The translations under genes were made by a program, and so were the position numbers. Shown one piece after another: positions 36,329 to 50,190 of a DNA stretch of 64,000 nucleotides (positions are counted from its first letter, which is position 1; every line of letters begins with the position of its first letter). Under the pieces are notes generated by a model. The model had not been told where the DNA came from and ran no database searches. It saw only the letters and a list, made by a program, of their open reading frames with translations. The stretch is from Squalus acanthias (Eukaryota), in assembly GCA_030390025.1 (NCBI GenBank), contig JASTWF010000031.1, positions 3,224,001 through 3,288,000 of the forward strand, given 5' to 3'.

Positions 36329-38269
36329 GAATTTCTCTTACAATGTCATACAAAAATAATGCTTTTTAAAGCAATTTGTGTCATTGTATAATGTGTAAAT
36401 AAATGTTAAATTGATTGCAAAATATTTTTTCATGAAGACGGTGCCCCTTTAAGTGAATGTGTTTGTTAACATGGTGACCATTAACTGACATGTATTATCA
36501 TTCACAGTTATATTAAATTTTATTTATAGCAACTTGAGAGATAACAAGTCCTTCATCATAGTAAGCTCACCACCAGAACAGAAGCTGCACTCTGTACCAA
36601 TTGCATCATTCTATAAATACACAGAGTCACACTGTATTACATCTCCAGTGAGTTCTCCACCAGTCTCCTTCGTTTACCTGCCAGTGCTGTATAAAATATG
36701 ACATTCCACTTTGAGGCACAGCCTCTAGTATCTGGTAAGTCACACCTAAACCGATCAGGCACCTCCTGTTAAGCCAGGGAAGAAAGGCTGGAGATGAGCT
36801 TCACTTTTCTGCAAACAAAACGTCTTCATTATAAATATCTGAGATTTGAGTATAACATTAGTTGACTAACAAATTGGCAGCCGTTTCAAAAATACATTTG
36901 TGCAGCCTTCAGTTTACCAGATTATTGGAAGTTATCTCGGTGACCTGCTGATAAGTGTTCGCTGTGGCACAAGCAATGCAGAAACGTTGTGTTTGTGCTG
37001 TAGATCCAAAGCTATTGTTTTCCCACTGGCGAGGGATGGGGGAAACTGAATGGGAGACTTGAAGGCTAGCCTCTCCTTCCTGCACAAACGTCCGGCCAGC
37101 TCCGCAGCACTGGCCGATATCTTGGCCACAATGATTGATAGAAAGCTTCTTGTGCCGGTGGAAGGGGACAGAAATATCATTGCCTTTTTGCATCACAGTC
37201 AAAATGTAATCCCTAGTGCCTCATGCTCCTGTTACCCATCTACTGTTTGGAAAAGAATACAATTTTTTGCAATGTCAGCCATTTTCAAATTGTATCGCAA
37301 TTTCAATTCAAAGGTTTCAGGCAATTTTTTATCCTTACTCTTATGTTTTGGGGTTTTTTACAACAGACATTTTCTTCAGGTTCAAGTAGGCCACTCCCAC
37401 AAGTGACTCTGTGCTCCCTACAATATCCAAGTAAATGTTCTGAGCCCAGGAGTTAAACAGATAATCCTTGTCGCTGTAGTCCAGCTTATTGGATATAATA
37501 CGTGATTTCCTTGACTTCAGTAGGGGAGGATATACACTATGTGGCTTAGAATATAAACTATTAGTCAGATTTATTAAATGGTAAACAGATAAATATAAAT
37601 ACTTACAGGATCATATGATCTAGAATTTCTTATATAATTTTAGAGTGCTCTGTGTTTTCATTCCTGAAGAAAATGGTGTAACAAATTGAAAAACAGTTGT
37701 CTTTTAGACCGTACTTCCTGCCTCCTTATAATTAATTCATACTTTATACCACACAGAAGCAGTGGTTTATTTCTAGTGGTTATTTTGCTCCGGGGCCAGT
37801 TCAGGAACTACTCCTGAATTCCATTAAACTGTGTATAACTAAACAGATAAATGAATGGTTTACTGACGAGTGAAGCATCTGAACGACATACTGATATCAC
37901 TTAGTGGCCTATTTTCCTGTAACCATTGATTGTCCCAAGATGCAACAATACAGAAGGTGAGGTTCAAATCAGACAGGTCACAGGCAGCAGGATCATTACA
38001 TTTAGTTGTTGTAGATGCGTGTCCTTCTTCAGCTGGAGCAAGGCAGGATAGTCTCAGCTTCAATCTTCTCCACTACTGCAGTGCTCCATACAGTGAACCA
38101 GCTCACCAATGCCAAAACTCAGCCAGTGAGGGCAAGTGCAAATGAGTATCTGTCAAAACTGTCAATTGAACTCCAGACTCTGTGATTAGCAGAATGGCTA
38201 GCAGACCGCCTCTTCAACATTTATTATCAAGAAATTGAATTATTTAAAAGGGTACAGCCTTCTTGAGAA

Positions 38270-38645
38270 AGGGTTTTCCAGACCTTATCTCATTTGTTGG
38301 CTGGCTTGTGCACTAACATGGGCACCAGGCATCCTCTACTACCTCATCTAAGTGGCCATTCTTCAAATGTGGCCCTAGACAATGTTGACAGGCCACCTGA
38401 CCATTGGAAGCACCACAGCGAACCCAGTTCTGCCCTCATTCATGCACATTCATAGCTGGATACCGGACAGTAAGAGCCTCTGCTGACTTCCCACCTTAAC
38501 TTCCCACAGGTCAATTGTAGCACCTCTACTGTTGCTCCTGCTGAGATCAATTAACTCGCCACATACTTTGACCTGAATGTAGAGCATCCCTGGTTTGGCT
38601 CAGTCGAATATTGGTCAGTGAATTTACTAACTGACCCATCAGGGA
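38270..38645 (-). mobile_element. LF-SINE-like element
   Basis: 'aagtggccattcttcaaatgtggccctagac' and 'tcaattgtagcacctctactgttgctcctgctgagatcaattaactc'. Confidence 0.75.
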
Positions 38646-40430
38646 AGCTACAGCACTTCCTTTAGTTGTCAAATTAATTTGGGTGTGAATGAAAGAAGGA
38701 AAAATGCTTAACACCCTCCACACACAACTATACTTGTTGCTCACTCTATCTATCCAGTTCACACTGCTTGGACTCACTGGGATGTTCAGTGAGCCATTGA
38801 GCTGGTAAACTCAATGCAAGTGAGTGAAGAAATACAATAACTGGAGAAGTTCTGATCACTGACTGAATCTAGATCTTGTCACTCATCGATACCAGCACAA
38901 GCAATGTATAATAGCTGAACCTCCTCCAGTAAATGGTCACTGTTACTCAGCACAATCAGATCCACGGTGGTTAAACCTCTCACAGTCACATCATTTTGCC
39001 TATTACATAGCGCAATTAGCATTAATTGTTACATGTGGAATATCTATTGGAGGGTAATATTGCTGGACTTTCTGCAGTGACATCTGAGAGCCATCCTGCC
39101 CACCCACTGCTAATAGAGGAAGCCACCCATCATTTTACAAGATAGGAACACCTAATAAACTTGATTTTAATAAGGATATCACAATATGCACTTTTTTGAT
39201 TCAACCGCACTGTTTTCTAAAGTCATAATATTGAACATTTTGATTCCATTTCGTCAAACTAATATTTAGACAAATTCAGTACCCAATGTGTCTCTCTGGG
39301 ATTGATATTCTTGAGATAATGAAAATGAGGACATGAGCTGTCAGGAATATGGAACTACCATAGTGACCCTGCAGTACTCCAAAGATGGGTGGTCGTTTTG
39401 GTGATAAATGGCACCGTGACTGCAGTCTTCTGACGATGGCTTTTGATAGTTGTCACTACCACCATTCACCAACTGCTGACCAGTGAATGTAGCTGGGCAG
39501 ATACAAGCGGGTGTTAAAAGAAATGTGCTGCGTTAAACAACTTCATGATTTGGTGGTGGGCACTACAATGCAAGTTTTCCATGGACAAAAAGTTTGAATC
39601 AAGGAGAAAGCAAGTGGAAAATTTCGATATAATATAGGTAGAGTGGGAAACACACCTGAAAGCAGAACATTCCACGATAACAAGCAAGCCCTCTCATTAT
39701 TTTAGCATTTACAGTTGCTGCATGAAGCCGTCCTTTGTTTCTTATTCGACAAGTAATTGCATTTTTCTACATTGTTTTCCTCCCAACTCATTCTGATTGT
39801 GATTTGTTAATATACGCATGCCATACACATTTCACCTGTGCTGGTAAATGGCTTTGAATCCTGCCAACAAAAATAAAAAATCCACCTGTTACTATGTCAA
39901 CAAAACAAATGAGTTATTTTAAGAGATGATTCTAGTTATTCAGAAGAACTTTTTTTTTTAACTTTATTATGTTGACGGGCTCATTAAATCTCAGCTTAAT
40001 GCAGTAAAACAGATCTTTCTGTTTCTGACATTAACTAAAGATGGTTGTTGGAGCTGAATATTTGTTTAAAGAGCTGCTATAACAGATTCTGGTGCACAGT
40101 ACTGATGAATTGCTGTGATCTGCTGTAGATGGAGCGTGTCCTGGTTTACATGACCATACTCCCAATGCTTTGGGTTTGATTACCTTAGCCTGGTTTCACG
40201 AGTATATAAACATGTTATCCTGATGATCACAGGAGTCATGGCTAATAAACGTTAGCTTTAAAACTATTCTTATTATTTGCTTGAAAATATTAACTTAAAT
40301 GTATATTCCTACTGTAATCTTGACTGTTAGTAAATTACCTTAATTTAAGACTTCCAGTGGCATTATTGCAATAAATGGATTAGTCCACCCAGTGCCTACA
40401 GGCGCGTAACCTCTCCATCTCAGGCCCGAC

Positions 40431-40802
40431 TTTTTTTATTCGCTTATGGGATGTGGGCGTCGCTGGCAAGGCCAGCATTTATTACCCATCCCTAGTTGCC
40501 CTTGAGAAGGTGGAGGTGGGCCACCTTCTTGAACTGCTGCAGTCCGTGTGGTGAAGGTACTCCCACAGTGCTGTTAGGTAGGGAGTTCCAGGATTTTGAC
40601 CCAGCGACGATGAAGGATCGGCGATATACTTCTAAGTCAGGATGGTGTGTGACTTGGAGGGGAACTTGGAGGTGGTGGTGTTCCCATGCGCCTGCTACCC
40701 TTGTCCTTCTAGGTGGAAGAGGTCGCAGGTTTGGGAGATGCTGCCGAAGAAGCCTTGGCGAGTTGCTGCAGTGCATCTTGTAGATGGTACACACTGCAGC
40801 CA
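40431..40802 (-). mobile_element. Short 3' copy of the LINE family at 9927-10716
   Basis: ORF 40492-40803(-) AAVCTIYKMHCSNSPRLLRQHLPN... is nearly identical to part of ORF 9829-10704. Confidence 0.92.
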
Positions 40803-43800
40803 TTATTGGAGAAGGAAGCTCTCTTTTTGACTAGGAGGTTCAGCTGGGAAGTAACTGTTATCCCAGCGTGCACAACTACTACATGATCCCTCATGTAAAG
40901 AAATGGAAAAGCTTTTAAATGAACGCAACTTCTGGGTGCAGACAGATTAGTGAGAAATCTAAATAAACTGTGCTGACAAACTGTGCTGAGACTTATGTGC
41001 TGCTGCAGTGACCTTGCATGTTGGGACTGAAACTTAAGTAACATTACAGATGCATTAAACTCTGCCAGCAGTGCAGTGCCTAGTGTATTATGGCTTTGCT
41101 TGCGTTTCAATCAAGTTGGGGCAGTCTCGAATTTAATCAAATCATTTAAATGATTTTTCTCCCCCCAACACCATGTTGTTCTAAGCATCTGTACAACCAC
41201 GCTGAAAAGTCTAATGTGCCAATGCACTCTCCTGTATCATGTGGCAAAGCTGCACAGCGACTTCACAAAATATATTTATTCTTAATGGAAACAAAATATG
41301 ACCTATTTTAGTGTAGTTCACTCTTAAAAGTAAGCATAGCTCCATTTATCTAAATGGGTCGCACCCTTTTCACAAATTTTGCTCTTTAACATTTCCCCAA
41401 TGTTAACTGCCCTGGATTTAAGACATTGTACTATTAATTGTGCATATTTCAAAATTATTTGATACACTTGTAATTTGTGCGCACTTGAGAGGAGTAATTG
41501 TAAAAGGCAACTTAAGTTTAAAAAGATGGTGCTTTAAGTCTCCCCCAATAGTTCATTGAATAAATGAACTGCCTTGTACGGTAGTGGGATACACTTACTT
41601 GCTGAGTCACAGTTTCATCCCTGGTCACGTTAACTGGGGGAAAAAATTGCAACATTATTCAAGTTTAAGATTGCTTAAAGAGGGTTGAGTTAGTGGTTAC
41701 AGAGCATAGGGTCTCACAGATAGATGGAACATTAACAAATAAGAATTACCTACGGTGAAAAATGGTGGGGAAGAAGGGGAAGGGGGTTACAAACTACAGG
41801 TATATACTACTCAGAAAATGACCCTGATTTATTATGCACTTCATGGGTCCAATCTTTCAAGCACTTTGCAACAGTTACTCCATGTAAAGTGTTGCAGTCT
41901 GAGTTACGGAGATGACAGAAATGCAAACAACTACATGCAAATGATAACAAACCACTTCTTCATCATTTGTAGTCACATTTCCACAGTGGTGGAGCCACAG
42001 CCAGTGCACAGCCTGACCACAGGTAGCTTCAGGTGCTCAAGCAGCAGGTTAAGGGCCAACCACTGGGCTTAACCAGAGTTGTTGTGACAGGCATCAGATG
42101 TACTTTCTACTGCTCCTGTTTGCTGTCTTGAGGCTGCTCGTAGCAATCCTCTTCCAACCACTCTTTTATGAATCTGCTAATTCCCAGCTATCAAGTAGCA
42201 TTCCCACCTGCTCCACCCAGAGCCTTTGGTTTTGGTAGCACAGAGATGAGCTTACTCCATTCAGGCCCTCCTGAGCTATCTTGGTCCAGCTCTTCTATGG
42301 GCTTTTTGAAGATGCCTAAAGCTGTCCAGCTTGCTGAACGCATCTGTGTCGACCATTGATACATTGCCATGTCAACTAAATAATCCAGCACCTTAGCTGC
42401 CTCTGCCTAAGGATGTGGCCATTAGATGTTTACTCTGAGTTTGTGCGGACTGGGAACTCCTTATGTGACGCACAGTGCACACGTGCACAAACACATGAGC
42501 AAGTGGACCCTGTCCTTTCAGGCCTTGTGAAAAACTTATTGATAGTAAATGGTCAAGCCTGTCAGAATTAAACCTCCTGCTCATCTGAAATCTGTGTAGG
42601 TTTTGGCAATACTGCAGGATTTTTACAGGAGCCGCTAGGATTCTATTGGACAATGCACATTTAATGTTGACAATAGACCGTCATTTTTCTTCATTTCTGA
42701 CACAGTGACAGCTTGAGTCACTCATAGTAAGAGCCCAATATACAGATCAACTCCTCATTAAGATGCTGATCCTTTATTTATTTGAAGAGCAGACGTTTTC
42801 ATATTCTGTTATCAATGCTACTGTAGGTCATTGAGTGACTAGTATTCTTAAGCAAATGTCCTCTGCTAACTAGCATTAACACCTTTTTTTTTTAAACAGC
42901 TCCAGGCCTCAATTTGAAGAGATTATTTCTTCATTGGCTTGTTGATCTTCCACTTATTTGTACAGCTAACAGTTTTATACCCTCTCATTACTTATTGGTA
43001 GAGTTTCACTAAAGACTGGGAAATAAGAAATGTGTTAGTTTATCTAAGGACCTCTCAGCTAACAGCTGCTGCTGGGGATTGAGCCTATTCTCACGGCCTA
43101 GTGACTTAGAGTGGGCGCAGGCTTCATTTCTGGTCAGGTTTCAATTCAATCTTCGGTGAAAGTTCCAGGCATTCCAGCTGGCAATTGATAGGATTACTCA
43201 CTAATTCTTCATTGGAGTTTTGCTGCTTTTACAGGATAAATGAAAGGAAAACATACTACTTGGATGTTGTAATGAGGTTTCTATGTGGATTTTTCTTTTT
43301 TTAAAACAGATCACATAAGTTTTTCAGCCATTAGCATGTTAGCTGTAGTTGAGTGTGAGACTGTGGAAATAATCAGTTCCTCTGGAATGAATGGCAGATT
43401 ACAGAATAGACAGATTTCCTTCTCCGCACATTGTACCCATTGCTAGTTTGTAAATACCTTTATCTGTATGTTCCTATCTAGTGAGTGGAAAGCTACCAAA
43501 TTGTTCTGTATAAAATAATGAGTTTTCTTGAATTTGGTGTTGAGGAGACAGGAGCTTTTCTCACTGTGAAGAAAGAGACAGTTATCAGTTGCCGATACAG
43601 AAGGAAAGGTGATTTTCCTTTTACAACAAGGACCGTTTATTAACGTGGTTTCTGCTTGAACTCTACTCAAATGCTTCCTATTAAGAGGAAGCACGACAAA
43701 TAATGGAAGGCGGTGGAGGACAAGTTTGTCTGAAGTGAAGAATTGAAGAAAAAAGAAAATGATATCTGCCATGAGATGGAAGGGTGGAGGATACAGAGAG

Positions 43801-43999
43801 TATTTTGCTGCCCTCACTCGTTGCGAAAGGATGAATGCAGGGCAGTGATTGAAGGTGATGGGTAATACTCTGTACTTAATGTTAAATACCAATTACATAC
43901 ATTAGTGATGATACTGTACTTCATACACTCTTCCTCAGTAGTTTCTACTTGTATTATTTAAAATAATTTAGCTAAATCAGATTTTTTTTTAAAGAAGGG

Positions 44000-44420
44000 G
44001 AGAAGATGATTTTCCAAACTTGTGGAAAACTGGGAAGAAGTCTAGAGTGTTGATTTGCAGGATGGATTCCCAGATAAAGCAGTTATTGCCATGTCGATTA
44101 ACATTTTTAAAAGAGAGCGGATTTGATATCTTGATATTGAGACTGAGGCTTAGAAGGATAAGTACAGATAGAGATGATAGAATGCTTTGTGGAACATGAA
44201 CGTTCCTGAATTGCTGCGACCTTGGGAATGTCATACCAGGGAAGGCGATGGCCAAGGATCAACACAGTAGGGTGTAAGGTTAGTTGCTGTGGCAATTTGC
44301 TTGATTTCTATTTGGAAATGAAGTGGTTTGGATAGGGTTTATAACAAGAATGATTGTGCATGATCTTTGATGAGACCAGCTTGATGGGCTGAAAGGCCTT
44401 TTCTTGTTTTATGTTTTCTT
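44000..44420 (+). mobile_element. Highly degenerate CR1 3' end
   Basis: Ends in 'gaccagcttgatgggctgaaaggccttttcttgttttatgttttctt', a CR1 3'UTR stem-loop and tail. Confidence 0.6.
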
Positions 44421-44569
44421 TTGTTGCTAAATAGGAGGAAGTTGCAAGTTCTGTGAATGTTTTGCTCACAACTCCTTACAGCTGCTCTCATAGACCTACG
44501 AGATCAGAGATTAACATTCATGGAAATGACTGCCTTAAGTGATTATATGACAGTCATTTTCTTTTCACG

Positions 44570-44730
44570 TCATGGCTGACTGGGGACATGGTATTTCCAT
44601 ATAGTATCCTGTCCTCACCTGATCTCCATGTATATGCTCCCAGCAAGGATCACTGCAGAGTTCAGGAGTGGGAATCCTGCTTGATTTTGCCTTCTCTTAC
44701 CCAGGGCACTGAGGCCAGTTGCAGTGTCTG
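44570..44730 (-). mobile_element. LF-SINE-like fragment
   Basis: 'atcctgtcctcacctgat...caggagtgggaatcctgcttgatttt...cccagggcactgaggccagttgcag'. Confidence 0.75.
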
Positions 44731-44996
44731 ACATGAATCTTGTCATTCATGTATGAAGTAATACTGAGTGGCCTGCTGGTGGCACTGTCCAGGGAGAGTA
44801 TAAATACTCGGGCATGGGCCCAGCTTGCTTAGGACATTCCTCAACAGCAACTAGTGAAGGACACAACTAGATCTCCATGTTGAAAAACAGTTGATTAAAG
44901 CTTTGTTTAACGCTTAGACCAAGTGCCTAGTAGTTTTCTTACGTCAGTGTCTATACTGCTATGCTGGATGAGAACAGGTAATCCAGCACAGACTAA

Positions 44997-45760
44997 GGGG
45001 GAAAAATTCAGCTGCTTGCGCCTCCCGTTAGCGCCTTAAGAGGGCGCTAATGGGGCGTAAAGCAGCTAACGCCCGGGCGCAGCGCCGCCCACGCCTCCCG
45101 AAAAATTTAGTGGGAGGTTAGCGGCGGCGGCAGCCGGTAGCGCCCTGTGGCGCTGCGCCGCCGGCGATGACGTCATCGCCGTGCGCAGCACCCCGCTCGC
45201 GCCCCGGCCATGATCTTCAGTCGCGCCCCCTGATTTACCGCCAGACGCTATGTCCGACGGGTTCAGGGAGGCGTACGTGCGGCGATATTTAAAGGGGAGG
45301 TGGCAGGCGGCCATTTTTGTTGCTGGCCGCCTGCCAGCACCTGCCCCCGTTGCTGTCCCCGGCCCCCGTGAAGCCCCCCCACCGTGAAGTGCCGGCTGCG
45401 CTCCAAGAGCCCGGCACTTCTCTTGAGTGCCGGGCTCTTTTGCCGGCACTCCCGATCCCTGGGGGCCCAGCTGGGCCCCGGTTCGCGCTGCGCAGGGTCC
45501 CTCCCCTTTAAGAAGGGGAGGAAGGCCTGCAATACCGCGGTGCGACGTGCCGCAGCGCATGGCGCTGCGGCACGTAGCGCCAGGATATTCCCTCGCAGCG
45601 CCCCAAGAGGGATGCGGGGTGCTTCCAGTGGCGCCCCGCTTCCCTCTTGGGGCGCAACCACTGAAGTTCCGGCGCGGGGCCGCTAATTTTTTCGGGGCGC
45701 TAAAAGTCGCGCCCCGGCGAGGTTAGCGCCCCAAATGGGGCGCGACTCAACTTTTACCCC
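44997..45760. mobile_element. Family A GC/CpG-rich MITE (PIF/Harbinger-like)
   Basis: Imperfect TIR GGGGGAAAAATT...AACTTTTACCCC, flanks TAA/TAG, repeated subterminal TAGCGCC/GGCGCTA motifs. Confidence 0.82.
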
Positions 45761-45870
45761 TAGGAATCTAACTTGTGATAACTTCTGTTAGCTAAGATCT
45801 CCTGTGGTACTAAGGGCAGGAGTCTATACACTGAGAGCTTATTTTTAATGTAAAATATGCATAGCCAGTA

Positions 45871-46768
45871 AACATATGAACATAAGAAATAGGAGCAGGA
45901 ATAGGCCACTTGGCCCCTCGAGCCTGCTCTGCCATTCAAGAAGATCATGGCTGATCTTGGGCTCAAAGCCACTTCCCTGCCCGCTCCCCATAACCCTTCA
46001 CTCCCTTATCTTGCAAAAATCTATCTATCTCCACCTTAAATGTATTTAATGACCCAGCCTCCACAGCTCTCTGCGGCAGAGAATTTCACAGATTTACGAC
46101 CCTCTGAGAGAAGAAATTCCTCCTCATCTCAGTTCTAAAAGGGCGACCCTTTATTCTGAAACTATGCCCCCGGAGTTCTAGATTTCCCCACGAGGGGAAA
46201 CATCCTCTCTGCATCTACCTTGTGGAGCCCCCTCAGTATCTTATATATTTCAATAAGATCACCTCTCATTCTTCTAAATTCCAATGCGTATAGGCCCAAC
46301 CTGCTCAACCTTTCCTCATAAGTCAACCCCCTCATCTCTGGAATTAACCTAGTGAATCGTCTCTGAACTGCCTCCAATGCAAGTGTATCCTTCCTTAAAT
46401 AAGGAGACCAAAACTGTACGCAGTACTCAAGGTGTGGTCTCACCAATACCCTGTACAGTTGTAGCAGGACTTCCCTGCTTTTATACTCCAACCCCCTCGA
46501 AATAAAGGCCAGCATTCCATTTGCCTTTTGATTACTTGCTGTACCTGCATGCTAACTTTTTGTGTTTCATGCACAAGGACCCCCAGGTCCCACTGAACTG
46601 TAGCATTTTGTAATCTCTCTCCATTTAAATAATAATTTGCTTTTTTATTTTTCCTGCCAAAGTGGATAACCTCGCACTTTCCCACATTATACTCCATCTG
46701 CCAAATGTTTGCCCACTTACTTAGCCTGTCTATATCCCTTTGCAGATTCTTTGAGTCCTCTGCACAAC
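45871..46768 (-). mobile_element. CR1 LINE, 5'-truncated, frameshifted
   Basis: ORFs 46440-46697(-) MEYNVGKCEVIHFG and 46162-46515(-) LYRVLVRPHLEYCVQFWSP. Tail aacataagaa. Confidence 0.95.
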
Positions 46769-46879
46769 GATTCTATCTGGATGTCATTTTAATTTGTTGG
46801 TGTTGTAGAGGGTAATCCTCATTATTGGGCTGTCCTTGTTACTCCAGATTATTGCTGATTAGCTGTGGTTGAAAGCAAA

Positions 46880-46990
46880 AAAAGAAAGACTTGCAGTTAT
46901 ATAGTGCCTTTTCACAACCTCAAAACATCCCAAAGCGATTTACAGCCAATGGAGTACTTTTGAAATGTAGTCACTGATGTAATGTAGGTT
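46880..46990 (-). mobile_element. SacSINE-like 3' tail fragment
   Basis: 'gaaagacttgcagttatatagtgcc...cccaaagcgatttacagccaatg...gtagtcactg'. Similar tails at 50325-50475 (+) and 59530-59635 (-). Confidence 0.7.
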
Positions 46991-48359
46991 GGGGTTGTGT
47001 CCTTGAAAGATGAGCAGATGTTGAAGTTTCTTTGCTTTCTGTTCATTAGCTCTATCTTAGTTCAGGCTCTAACCAAGGTCTTTACAAACTTTGTCAGTAT
47101 GGAATGGTGGTATGTGTTGTATGAATACAGTCAAAATGGAGATCTTCAGTTGACCATAGGCAATTAAATTAGAACAGTCCCATTCTGACAATTGCCTGCA
47201 GGCTCTTACAGATTACTTACTGGCTCTTCACAACGCTTAACATGGTTGTAAAGAATCACTGATGTTCCTACAGTCATGTTGTACAATCATGGCCTGGTTT
47301 AGTTTTTAAAATGTTCAAATCATATTGATACAATTAAAGCCACATGACCCCACAACTTGTCATTTTTTCCTTGAGTTCTTATTATTTTTGGGATGGTGCT
47401 TTTCTACAATAAAAGCACTAATATAAACACACAGACATAGGAAAAAGGATAGGAAGAGTCCAGCTGGTCCACTGAGCCTGTCCCAACCCAGCATGGTGTA
47501 ACACCATCACTCCTATTCCATACCCCCCCCACCCCGTCCTCCCCACCCCCGACTCCCTGCAGTCACATGGGTGAAGCAACAAAACAGAGAGGAAAAACTT
47601 CGGCTGATTTAGGAAAAAAACACTGGAAAATTCCTCTCTGACCCTAAGACAATCAGGCTAGCTGCAGGAGATCATGGTGACTGATGAAACTAGCCCCCAT
47701 TGACCCAGCTACCTTCTATAGGTCGAGATGTTTACCACTCACAGGAACTCATCCAGCTCCCTTTTGAATCCACAAATGTGAGTTATTGTTGTTCTTTGGT
47801 GATGAGTTCTCATTAAAAGGAACAACCAAAAATACATCTAAAAAATTCCTTGTACTCTTAAAGATATTTCAGCTTAAAGTCGTCAGATTGTGTTTATTTA
47901 CTCAGTTCTGCAGTTGATTGATTGATTGATCGCACCTAATGCCTGGCTGCTGCAGACCAATCATTTTCCTCAGGGATGGGGTTGTAAATCTCTATAAATC
48001 TCTGTAAATCTCTACCTATTATTGTAATATTCCACACCCTGATCATCTCAGTCATCAACTGTCCCATTATCAAACACTGATTGTTATTGAATTCCTATAT
48101 ATATTCAGTTCATGCAGCACACAGTTGACTTTACAGCAATGGCTTTACAAATTGTCAGATAAATAGTAGAAAGATTTAATCAACTATCCAGTAGTTAACA
48201 CATCAGAGAAAAGAAAGCACATAATGTGTTTAGTTAAACAAGGTGTTGTCACTGCATCAGAATTGATTTAGATAGTCACAGCCCTTAGCACAGTCTGGAA
48301 TAATCTTTCAAAAGTCAATTCACACATCAGCAATATTTTCTAAGTATGTTTTCTAGTAC

Positions 48360-49050
48360 ATGATACAATCAGAAATAAATGGACGCCAAGCCAAAGAAGG
48401 AGATATTAGGAGGGGGCAACCAAAAGCTTGGTCAAAGAGGGGAGCTGTAAGAAGTTTCCAAAAAAACAGAGGGAGATGGAGAGACAGAGGGGCTTCGTCA
48501 GGGAATTTCAGAGTGTGGGGCTTAGGCAGCTGAAGGTACTGCTGCCAACATTGGGTGAAGGGAGGGGCGATGCATAAAGGCCAGAGTCGGAGCAACAAAG
48601 AATGGGGGGGAGGATTAAGGTTATGGAGATAGGGAGGGACTTAAACACAAGGGTGAGAATTTTAAATTGGAGGTGCTGGGGGACTTGGAGCTAATGTAGG
48701 TCATCAAGAACAGGGGTGATAGGTGAACGAGACTTGGTGCAGGATAGGATGCAGGCAGGAGAGTTTTGAATGAGCTGAAGTTTACCGTGGATGGAGAATG
48801 GGCGGCCAGGAGAGCATTGGAATAGTCGGGTCCGGAGGTGACAAAGGCATGGATGAGGGTTTCAGCAGCAGATAGGCTGAGGCAGGGGTGGAGGCAGGCA
48901 ATGTTATGGAGGTGGAAGTAGACAGTCTTTGTGATGGATAGGATATAGGGTCCGAAGTTCAACTCGGCCGAATAGGATGCCAAGGTTGCAAACCATCTAG
49001 TTCAGCCTGAGACAATGGCTGGGGAGGAGGATGGAATTCGTGGTAAGGGT
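48360..49050 (-). mobile_element. L2 LINE 3' fragment
   Basis: ORF 48621-48983(-) FHLHNIACLHPCLSLSAAETLIHAFVTS.PDYSNALL. Colinear with 13280-13980. Confidence 0.9.
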
Positions 49051-49499
49051 ATGCTACTTGTTTTTACAGCATCATTTCCTGTTCAAGAACTAAGGGTGTT
49101 CTGGGTTTGACTGTTTGATCTTCTTTATGGAGTATATGGAGTTTATATGAAGTTTCGGTTAGTCTGATCTGATGAAAGATGCTATTTTGCTCCCAGTGTA
49201 GTTTTGTTAGAATATACTTTGACTGTACTGTTCTGGCAGTGAAGACTCTTGACAGTATTAACTTTTTCTTGGTTTCTAACATTCAGATGCTTTGTAATTA
49301 GACACTGCATTCTGGTTGTTGTGAAGTTGTCTGTGCACTTTGTTTATTAATAATCAATTTCTTTTTGTCTTGCTAACAGTTTTTGAATTGCATCCATTTC
49401 ATTCATAGAAAGTAGAATGGTACAATTTGTTCAAACCTAAAAGTAACTGAGTACTGTTTGAGATCCATAAAACCAGCTCTCTTGTCTTGTGCTTTGGAC

Positions 49500-50190
49500 A
49501 CTGCTCGAAGAATTTACTAGGCTATCCTTTATCTACTCCCCTTACTACCTTTTTTTTGAAACCCTGAATCATATTTCCTCCTACTCTTCATTCATTTTTA
49601 AAAGAATTGTAGTGAAGTGATACAATGTCCTTGGACATAAACTCCAAGCATCTGGCACTCTAATGGACTCTAATCTCAGACTAATCAGCATCTCACCCTG
49701 CAGAGACAGTGCTAAAGACAGGTCTTTAGATCCTTTGCTCCACCTTCCACAACATACGATCATTCATCTTGTAGTCAGAGTAAATACATTTTGCATCTAT
49801 TTGCATCATCTTTCATTAATTCATGTAAAATGCCACTTACCATTTACAAGGCCAAAGTAGTCTGCTTCTCTGCATTTCTTTGAATAGTATCTGCATCCTG
49901 TACAAGCCTGTCTCCCACACAGAGTTATGCTACTAGCAAACTTGGATACGACGCGTTTCTCTAGGTCATTTATGAACACTGAGAATAGTCAAGATCCAGG
50001 GATTGAATCCACTAAGTGGCACTCTCCAGCTCAAAGAGTACCCATTTATAATTAACCTTAGTTTCCAATTATCTAGAAATGTTTTAATCTGTTTTACTGC
50101 TTCTCCCTAATTCCATGAACTCTCACATTCTTTACCAGTCTTTTGTGAGGTACTTTATCAAATGTCTTTTGAAAGTCAAGATATAGAGCA
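49500..50190 (-). mobile_element. Very old CR1-like RT fragment
   Basis: 'tgaggtactttatcaaatgtcttttgaaagtcaagatatag' is the reverse complement of YLDFQKxFDKVPH-type coding. 'aaatgccactt' corresponds to KWH. A possibly related 3'UTR lies at about 47435-47770. Confidence 0.6.

Noticed and set aside
43443-43892. 149-aa minus-strand ORF (and the 152-aa ORF at 63218-63676)
   Set aside because: No recognisable domain or splice context, and the composition looks like translated non-coding DNA.
44997-45760. CpG-island promoter of an unseen gene
   Set aside because: The CpG-rich stretch coincides exactly with a TIR-bounded repeat that has homologues at 30776 and 53439, and no downstream exons were recognised.
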